From a virus (taxonomy: Duplodnaviria; Heunggongvirae; Uroviricota; Caudoviricetes), in the IMG/VR virus record IMGVR_UViG_3300000292_000175: a stretch of 22,993 nt of DNA, one strand, 5' to 3'. Under the pieces are notes generated by a model that saw only the letters and a list, made by a program, of their open reading frames with translations, did no database searches and had not been told where the DNA came from. Shown one piece after another: positions 16,727 to 22,993 of the stretch (its first letter is position 1; each line of letters opens with the position of its first letter). The translations under genes and the position numbers were made by a program.

Positions 16727-16896
16727 TAGTTCCTGCCACCATGAGTTGTTCATCGGCGTTTCTCTTTTGCTCTCTGTAGGGGTGAATAGAGTTTATCCGA
16801 TTTCTCGTTGTAGGGGTACACGAGAACCACCGAGCCTGATGTGGTTAAAAGACAGGCACAATCTTTACTACCGCAATCCACTATTTAAGGTGATAT

Positions 16897-16983
16897 ATGG
16901 AAGAAGAATTTGAAGAGTTCGAAGAGCATCCTCAAGATGTGATGGAACAATACCAGGACTATCCGTATGACTACGACTATTGA
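16897..16983 (+). CDS. Small acidic ORF overlapping the ral start (lambda orf28-like position)
   Basis: 28 codons MEEEFEEFEEHPQDVMEQYQDYPYDYDY by hand translation; overlaps ral by 17 nt. Confidence 0.3.
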   Translation: MEEEFEEFEEHPQDVMEQYQDYPYDYDY

Positions 16984-17167
16984 TACAAATCAATGGTGTG
17001 GACAATTCAAACGATGCAATGGATGCAAGCTGCAATCGGAATGCATGGTTAAGCCTGAAGAAATGTTTCCTGTAATGGAGGATGGGAAATATGTCGATAA
17101 ATGGGCAATACGAACGACGGCAATGATTGCCAGAGAACTTGGTAAACAGAACAACAAAGCTGCCTGA
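16967..17167 (+). CDS. ral: Ral restriction-alleviation protein
   Basis: 66 aa MTTTIDTNQWCGQFKRCNGCKLQSECMVKPEEMFPVMEDGKYVDKWAIRTTAMIARELGKQNNKAA, near-identical to lambda Ral as recalled. Confidence 0.9.
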   Translation: MTTTIDTNQWCGQFKRCNGCKLQSECMVKPEEMFPVMEDGKYVDKWAIRTTAMIARELGKQNNKAA

Positions 17168-17303
17168 TAGTGGCCTTTATTTTTGGCATAAATAACAGAA
17201 TAAACACTGCACTGTGTATTCATTCCAACGAGTGAATACACGGAGCAATGTCGCTCGTAACTAAACAGGAGCCGACTTGTTCTGATTATTGGAAATCTTC
17301 TTT

Positions 17304-17329
17304 GCCCTCCAGTGTGAGGGCGATTTTTT
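17304..17329 (+). terminator. Intrinsic terminator within the PL operon upstream of ea10
   Basis: gccctc-cagtgt-gagggc followed by gatttttt. Confidence 0.5.
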
Positions 17330-17349
17330 ATCTATGAGGATATGAATAG

Positions 17350-17718
17350 ATGTCAAACATCAAAAAATACATCATTGATTACGACTGGAAAGCATCAATA
17401 GAAATTGAAATTGACCATGACGTAATGACAGAGGAAAAACTTCACCAGATTAATAATTTCTGGTCAGACTCTGAATACCGACTCAATAAACACGGCTCTG
17501 TATTAAATGCTGTATTAATCATGCTGGCGCAACATGCTCTGCTTATAGCAATTTCAAGCGACTTAAATGCATATGGTGTTGTGTGTGAGTTCGACTGGAA
17601 TGATGGAAATGGTCAGGAAGGATGGCCTCCAATGGATGGTAGTGAAGGAATAAGAATTACCGATATCGATACATCAGGAATATTTGATTCAGATGATATG
17701 ACTATCAAGGCCGCCTGA
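17350..17718 (+). CDS. ea10: Ea10-like protein
   Basis: 122 aa, position between ral and cIII; recalled as lambda Ea10-like (MSNIKKYIIDYDWKASIEIEIDHDV...). Confidence 0.7.
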   Translation: MSNIKKYIIDYDWKASIEIEIDHDVMTEEKLHQINNFWSDSEYRLNKHGSVLNAVLIMLAQHALLIAISSDLNAYGVVCEFDWNDGNGQEGWPPMDGSEGIRITDIDTSGIFDSDDMTIKAA

Positions 17719-17790
17719 GCGCGGCGTTACCGCATACCAATTACGCTTCACTCGAGGCGTTTTTCGTTATGTATAAATAAGGAGCACACC

Positions 17791-17955
17791 ATGCAATATG
17801 CCATTGCAGGGTGGCCTGTTGCTGGCTGCCCTTCCGAATCTTTACTTGAACGAATCACCCGTAAATTACGTGACGGATGGAAACGCCTTATCGACATACT
17901 TAATCAGCCAGGAGTCCCAAAAAATGGATCAAACAATTATGGCTATCCAGACTAA
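17791..17955 (+). CDS. cIII: CIII (FtsH inhibitor)
   Basis: 54 aa [54 protein letters not shown] by hand translation, near-identical to lambda CIII. GGAG RBS. Confidence 0.9.
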   Translation: MQYAIAGWPVAGCPSESLLERITRKLRDGWKRLIDILNQPGVPKNGSNNYGYPD

Positions 17956-18067
17956 ATTCACTATCGCCACTTTTATTGGCGATGAAAAGATGTTTCGTGA
18001 GGCCGTCGACGCTTATAAAAAATGGATATTAATACTGAAACTGAGATCAAGCAAAAGCATTCACTAA
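17924..18067 (+). CDS. kil: Kil (host cell-division inhibitor)
   Basis: 47 aa [47 protein letters not shown], near-identical to lambda Kil; overlaps the cIII 3' end. Confidence 0.85.
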   Translation: MDQTIMAIQTKFTIATFIGDEKMFREAVDAYKKWILILKLRSSKSIH

Positions 18068-18142
18068 CCCCCTTTCCTGTTTTCCTAATCAGCCTGGCAT
18101 TTCGCGGGCGATATTTTCACAGCCATTTTCAGGAGTTCAGCC

Positions 18143-18439
18143 ATGAACGCTTATTACATTCAGGATCGTCTTGAGGCTCAGAGCTGGGCGCGTCACTACC
18201 AGCAGATCGCCCGTGAAGAGAAAGAGGCAGAACTGGCAGACGACATGGAAAAAGGCCTGCCCCAGCACCTGTTTGAATCGCTATGCATCGATCATTTACA
18301 ACGCCACGGGGCCAGCAAAAAAGCCATTACCCGTGCGTTTGATGACGATGTTGAGTTTCAGGAGCGCATGGCAGAACACATCCGGTACATAGTTGAAACC
18401 ATTGCTCACCATCAGGCTGATATTGATTCAGAGGTATAA
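18143..18439 (+). CDS. gam: Gam (RecBCD inhibitor), short GamS form
   Basis: 98 aa [56 protein letters not shown]..., near-identical to lambda Gam. Confidence 0.9.
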   Translation: MNAYYIQDRLEAQSWARHYQQIAREEKEAELADDMEKGLPQHLFESLCIDHLQRHGASKKAITRAFDDDVEFQERMAEHIRYIVETIAHHQADIDSEV

Positions 18440-18444
18440 AACGG

Positions 18445-19230
18445 ATGAGTACAGCACTCGCAACGCTGGCAGGGAAGCTGGCTGAACGTGTCGGCATGGA
18501 TTCTGTCGACCCACAGGAACTGATCACCACTCTTCGCCAGACGGCATTTAAAGGTGATGCCAGCGATGCGCAGTTCATCGCATTGTTGATCGTCGCCAAC
18601 CAGTACGGCCTTAATCCGTGGACGAAAGAAATTTACGCCTTCCCTGATAAGCAGAACGGCATTGTTCCGGTGGTGGGCGTTGATGGCTGGTCCCGCATCA
18701 TCAATGAAAACCAGCAGTTTGATGGTATGGACTTTGAGCAGGACAATGAATCATGTACATGCCGGATTTACCGCAAAGACCGCAATCATCCGATCTGCGT
18801 TACCGAGTGGATGGATGAATGCCGCCGCGAACCATTCAAAACCCGCGAAGGCAGAGAAATCACGGGGCCGTGGCAGTCGCATCCCAAACGGATGTTACGG
18901 CATAAAGCCATGATTCAGTGTGCCCGTCTGGCCTTCGGATTTGCTGGTATCTATGACAAGGATGAAGCCGAGCGCATTGTCGAAAATACCGCATACACTG
19001 CAGAACGTCAGCCGGAACGCGACATCACTCCGGTTAACGATGAAACCATGCAGGAGATTAACACTCTGCTGATTGCCCTGGACAAAACATGGGATGACGA
19101 CTTATTGCCGCTCTGTTCCCAGATATTTCGCCGCGACATTCGCGCATCGTCAGAACTGACACAGGCCGAAGCAGTGAAAGCTCTTGGATTCCTGAAACAG
19201 AAAGCCACTGAGCAGAAGGTGGCAGCATGA
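18445..19230 (+). CDS. bet: Bet (Red-beta single-strand annealing protein)
   Basis: 261 aa, near-identical to lambda Bet as recalled. Confidence 0.95.
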   Translation: MSTALATLAGKLAERVGMDSVDPQELITTLRQTAFKGDASDAQFIALLIVANQYGLNPWTKEIYAFPDKQNGIVPVVGVDGWSRIINENQQFDGMDFEQDNESCTCRIYRKDRNHPICVTEWMDECRREPFKTREGREITGPWQSHPKRMLRHKAMIQCARLAFGFAGIYDKDEAERIVENTAYTAERQPERDITPVNDETMQEINTLLIALDKTWDDDLLPLCSQIFRRDIRASSELTQAEAVKALGFLKQKATEQKVAA

Positions 19231-19907
19231 CACCGGACATTATCCTGCAGCGTACCGGGATCGACGTGAGAGCTGTCGAACAGGGGGATGATGCATGGCA
19301 CAAATTACGGCTCGGCGTCATCACCGCTTCAGAAGTTCACAACGTGATAGCAAAGCCCCGCTCAGGAAAGAAGTGGCCTGACATGAAAATGTCCTACTTC
19401 CACACCCTGCTGGCTGAGGTTTGCACCGGTGTGGCTCCGGAAGTTAATGCTAAGGCGCTGGCGTGGGGAAAACAGTACGAGAACGACGCCAGAACCCTGT
19501 TTGAATTCACTTCCGGCGTGAATGTTACTGAATCCCCGATCATCTATCGCGACGAAAGTATGCGCACCGCCTGCTCTCCCGATGGTTTATGCAGTGACGG
19601 CAATGGCCTTGAGCTGAAATGCCCGTTTACCTCCCGGGATTTCATGAAGTTCCGGCTCGGTGGTTTCGAGGCCATAAAGTCGGCTTACATGGCCCAGGTG
19701 CAGTACAGCATGTGGGTGACACGAAAAGATGCCTGGTACTTTGCCAACTATGACCCACGAATGAAGCGTGAAGGCCTGCATTATGTCGTGGTTGAGCGGG
19801 ATGAAAAGTACATGGCGAGTTTTGACGAGATGGTGCCGGAGTTCATCGAAAAAATGGACGAAGCACTGGCTGAAATTGGTTTTGTATTTGGAGAGCAATG
19901 GCGATGA
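19227..19907 (+). CDS. exo: Exo (lambda 5'-3' exonuclease, Red-alpha)
   Basis: 226 aa, near-identical to lambda Exo as recalled; start overlaps the bet stop. Confidence 0.95.
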   Translation: MTPDIILQRTGIDVRAVEQGDDAWHKLRLGVITASEVHNVIAKPRSGKKWPDMKMSYFHTLLAEVCTGVAPEVNAKALAWGKQYENDARTLFEFTSGVNVTESPIIYRDESMRTACSPDGLCSDGNGLELKCPFTSRDFMKFRLGGFEAIKSAYMAQVQYSMWVTRKDAWYFANYDPRMKREGLHYVVVERDEKYMASFDEMVPEFIEKMDEALAEIGFVFGEQWR

Positions 19908-20164
19908 CCCATCCTCACGATAATATCCGGGTAGGCGCGATCACTTTCGTCTACTCCGTNNNNNNNNNNNNNNNNNNNNNNNNNNNNNNNNNNNNNNNNN
20001 NNNNNNNNNNNNNNNNNNNNNNNNNNNNNNNNNNNNNNNNAAAGCGAGGCTGGGTATTTCACGGTCTTTCTGTTATCCGAAATCCGCTGAAAGCCCAGCG
20101 GCTGGCTGAGGAGATAAATAATAAACGGGGGGCGGTATGCACAAAGCATCTCCTGTTGAGTTAA
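19898..20164 (+). CDS. Lambda orf60a-like small protein, interrupted by N-run 19960-20040
   Basis: [20 protein letters not shown]...[40 protein letters not shown]; true length unknown. Confidence 0.5.
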   Translation: MAMTHPHDNIRVGAITFVYSXXXXXXXXXXXXXXXXXXXXXXXXXXXXKRGWVFHGLSVIRNPLKAQRLAEEINNKRGAVCTKHLLLS

Positions 20165-20328
20165 GAACGAGTATTGATTTGGCACATAGCCTTGCTCAAA
20201 TTGGAGTCAGGTTTGTGCCAATACCAGCAGAAACAGACGAAGAATTTCATACGTTAGCCACATCCCTTTCACAAAAGCTGGAAATGATGGTGGCGAAAGC
20301 AGAAGCAGATGAGAGAGACCAGGTATGA
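20137..20328 (+). CDS. Lambda orf63-like small protein
   Basis: 63 aa [63 protein letters not shown]. Confidence 0.6.
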   Translation: MHKASPVELRTSIDLAHSLAQIGVRFVPIPAETDEEFHTLATSLSQKLEMMVAKAEADERDQV

Positions 20329-20714
20329 CAACCACTGAATGCATTTTTCTGGCAGCGGGCTTCATATTCTGTGTGCTTATGCTTGCCGACATGGGGCTTG
20401 TTCAGTGACACCTCAGCAAGAAAACGCCCTTCGCAGCATTGCCCGTCAGGCTAATTCTGAAATCAAAAAAGTCAGACAGCAGTTTCCAAAAACGTCAATG
20501 ACATTTGCCGTAGCGTACTGAAGAAGCACCGCGAAACGGTAACGCTGAAGGGATTCACACCGACTCATTTAAGCCTGGCAATCGGCATGTTAAACGGCGT
20601 CTTTAAGGAACGATGAACATGAAAAGCAAAATTATCAGGGAGCTACAGGCTCCTTTTTTATTGTTCGCATTCACCCTCAAGCGTATTAACCAACAGTTCA
20701 GGGATTAATGAAAG

Positions 20715-20936
20715 ATGGCAGACATCATTGATTCAGCATCAGAAATAGAAGAATTACAGCGCAACACAGCAATAAAAATGCGCCGCCTGAACTACCTGGC
20801 TGTATCTGCCACTCATTGTTGTGAGTGTGGCGATCCGATAGATGAACGAAGACGCCTGGCCGTTCAGGGTTGTCGGACTTGCGCCAGTTGCCAGCAAGAT
20901 CTGGAGCTTATCCGCAAACAAAGGGGGATTAAGTGA
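20715..20936 (+). CDS. TraR/DksA-family C4 zinc-finger protein
   Basis: 73 aa with CECGDPIDERRRLAVQGCRTCASC four-Cys motif near the C-terminus. Confidence 0.6.
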   Translation: MADIIDSASEIEELQRNTAIKMRRLNYLAVSATHCCECGDPIDERRRLAVQGCRTCASCQQDLELIRKQRGIK

Positions 20937-21262
20937 TGGCTAACCTGCAACTTGCTGTTAAAAGTGAATACTTCGATGCCATGATTCGCGGAGAGAAAAC
21001 GGAAGAGTATCGCTTGTGTAATGACTACTGGAATAAGCGAATTATGTTCCGGGAATATGACCGCCTGATTATCACAAAGGGATATCCGAAGCGCGACGAT
21101 TCCAGTCGCAGAATTGATGTTCCGTATGACGGATATGAAGTGAAGACAATCACACATCCGCACTTTGGCGATAAACCGGTAAAGGTGTTCGCTATAAAGG
21201 TGAATATCAGCACTGAATATCAATCCGCACAACACAAGGTCAAGAATGTTCAGAGTGATTGA
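20933..21262 (+). CDS. Hypothetical protein
   Basis: 109-aa ORF whose ATG overlaps the preceding stop; family not recognised. Confidence 0.45.
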   Translation: MMANLQLAVKSEYFDAMIRGEKTEEYRLCNDYWNKRIMFREYDRLIITKGYPKRDDSSRRIDVPYDGYEVKTITHPHFGDKPVKVFAIKVNISTEYQSAQHKVKNVQSD

Positions 21263-21485
21263 CCCTAACACCTGGTACGTCGACCACCACGGCACTCCCT
21301 GCAAAATCCTGCGTTCTACCCACAACAAAGTTCACTACATCCGAAAAGGCAGAACATGTATCGCCAGCATGTTCCGCTTTAATCATGACTTTGAACCTGT
21401 GAATAAAGCTGATGCAGATCGGATAGCAGAAGAGATCGAAACGGCAGAACACATTAAGAAGTTACGTGACATGCGCAGGAAATAG
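21246..21485 (+). CDS. Hypothetical protein
   Basis: 79-aa ORF overlapping the preceding stop; no family recognised. Confidence 0.4.
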   Translation: MFRVIDPNTWYVDHHGTPCKILRSTHNKVHYIRKGRTCIASMFRFNHDFEPVNKADADRIAEEIETAEHIKKLRDMRRK

Positions 21486-21624
21486 AAAAATTGATAAATT
21501 CAATACTGCATTTCTCAGCATTAAATTTATCTCTATGACCAGTCAAGAGATGTACCTGCCATGAGCTTAATATCATGTCAGATATATCGGTCACAAACTC
21601 CCTCAGCAGCTAAGAGGAGGACAA

Positions 21625-21861
21625 ATGTCTCGACTAATCACTTTACAGGACTGGGCTAAAGAAGAATTTGGGGACTTAGCACCAAGTGAGCGAGTTCTGA
21701 AAAAATACGCGCAAGGGAAAATGATGGCCCCACCCGCTATAAAAGTTGGTCGCTACTGGATGATTGACCGAAATTCCCGTTTTGTAGGAACGCTTGCAGA
21801 ACCGCAACTCCCAATAAACGCAAACCCAAAACTCCAAAGGATAATCGCTGATGGCTGCTAG
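21625..21861 (+). CDS. xis: Excisionase-like protein
   Basis: 78 aa, immediately upstream of and overlapping int by 11 nt; ITLQDWA...KVGRYWMID resembles the lambda Xis winged-helix pattern. Confidence 0.65.
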   Translation: MSRLITLQDWAKEEFGDLAPSERVLKKYAQGKMMAPPAIKVGRYWMIDRNSRFVGTLAEPQLPINANPKLQRIIADGC

Positions 21862-22993
21862 ACCCCGATCTCACAAAATCTCTATACCCAATTTATATTG
21901 CAAATTAGATAAGCGAACCGGAAAGGTATATTGGCAATACAAACATCCACTATCCGGTCGTTTTCATAGCTTAGGAACTGATGAGAATGAAGCAAAACAA
22001 GTTGCTACTGAAGCAAATACCATTATTGCTGAACAACGTACCAGACAAATATTAAGCGTCAATGAGCGTCTGGAAAGAATGAAAGGCAGGCGCTCAGACA
22101 TTACGGTGACAGAATGGCTTGATAAATATATTTCTATCCAAGAGGACAGGCTGCAACATAATGAACTAAGACCCAACTCCTATCGGCAAAAAGGCAAACC
22201 CATTCGTCTTTTCCGTGAGCATTGTGGAATGCAACACCTCAAGGATATTACCGCACTTGATATTGCCGAAATAATTGATGCTGTAAAGGCTGAAGGTCAT
22301 AACAGGATGGCGCAAGTCGTGAGAATGGTGTTGATCGACGTCTTCAAAGAAGCACAACACGCAGGACATGTTCCGCCAGGATTTAACCCAGCGCAGGCAA
22401 CAAAACAACCGCGAAATCGAGTAAACCGCCAAAGATTGTCACTGCCCGAATGGCAGGCAATATTTGACAGCGTAAGCAGACGGCAGCCCTATTTAAAATG
22501 CGGCATGCTACTTGCTCTTGTTACTGGACAACGTTTAGGCGATATCTGCAATTTGAAATTCTCTGATATATGGGACGACATGTTGCACATTACTCAGGAA
22601 AAAACCGGTTCAAAACTTGCTATTCCGCTTAACCTGAAATGCGATGCTCTGAATATTACCCTTCGTGAAGTTATATCTCAGTGCAGGGATGCTGTTGTTA
22701 GTAAATATCTGGTCCATTACCGTCACACTACCTCTCAAGCAAACAGAGGAGACCAGGTTTCTGCGAATACTCTGACAACGGCTTTTAAAAAGGCCCGGGA
22801 AAAATGTGGCATAAAATGGGAGCAAGGAACTGCGCCCACATTTCATGAGCAGCGATCTCTGTCAGAACGGTTATATCGGGAACAGGGTCTGGATACGCAA
22901 AAGTTGTTAGGCCATAAATCCAGAAAAATGACCGACCGATACAATGATGATCGTGGTAAAGACTGGATTATCGTAGATATCAAAACAGCATAG
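21851..22993 (+). CDS. int: Tyrosine integrase (DLP12 IntD / phage-21 type)
   Basis: 380 aa; C-terminal LGHKSRKMTDRY fits the H-x-x-R...Y catalytic motif. Stop codon TAG is the last three bases of the window. Confidence 0.9.
   Translation: MAARPRSHKISIPNLYCKLDKRTGKVYWQYKHPLSGRFHSLGTDENEAKQVATEANTIIAEQRTRQILSVNERLERMKGRRSDITVTEWLDKYISIQEDRLQHNELRPNSYRQKGKPIRLFREHCGMQHLKDITALDIAEIIDAVKAEGHNRMAQVVRMVLIDVFKEAQHAGHVPPGFNPAQATKQPRNRVNRQRLSLPEWQAIFDSVSRRQPYLKCGMLLALVTGQRLGDICNLKFSDIWDDMLHITQEKTGSKLAIPLNLKCDALNITLREVISQCRDAVVSKYLVHYRHTTSQANRGDQVSANTLTTAFKKAREKCGIKWEQGTAPTFHEQRSLSERLYREQGLDTQKLLGHKSRKMTDRYNDDRGKDWIIVDIKTA

Noticed and set aside
18171-18392. 73-aa alternative-frame ORF inside gam
   Set aside because: Overlaps the gam frame, which matches lambda Gam; shadow ORF.
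20325-20521. Small ORFs (27 aa at 20325-20408 and 60 aa at 20339-20521) after orf63
   Set aside because: Competing frames, an in-frame stop after the lambda-equivalent start, and no recognisable product; not confident enough to call a CDS.
1-22993. Search for tRNA, rRNA, IS elements and CRISPR arrays
   Set aside because: I saw no cloverleaf-like tRNA candidates, no transposase ORFs or terminal inverted repeats, and no spaced direct-repeat arrays by eye. Not verified computationally.

Overview
This window is one nearly complete lambdoid prophage in prophage order, with no host flanks visible. The late/right arm runs on the minus strand: portal B (5' fragment), W, terminase A and Nu1, an intact lambda-type cos site, a phage-21-type lysis cassette (pinholin S, SAR endolysin R, Rz/Rz1), bor, an oppositely oriented porin moron, then Q, the nin region (ylcG, rusA, ninE, an orphan adenine methyltransferase, ninB), ren, P and O with ori iterons, cII and cro. 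The left arm runs on the plus strand: cI, a two-gene cassette, PL/nutL, N, ral, ea10, cIII, kil, gam, bet, exo, small b-region ORFs, xis and int, which ends at the last base. Protein identities come from my recollection of lambda, phage 21 and E. coli DLP12 sequences, not from a database search. The element is a mosaic of near-lambda modules with non-lambda immunity, lysis and Q/int modules. The best candidate for an undescribed system is the AT-rich two-gene cassette at 14140-15446, which sits where lambda carries rexA-rexB and which I cannot assign to any family. Three N-runs (3571-3644, 12461-12552, 19960-20040) hide sequence.
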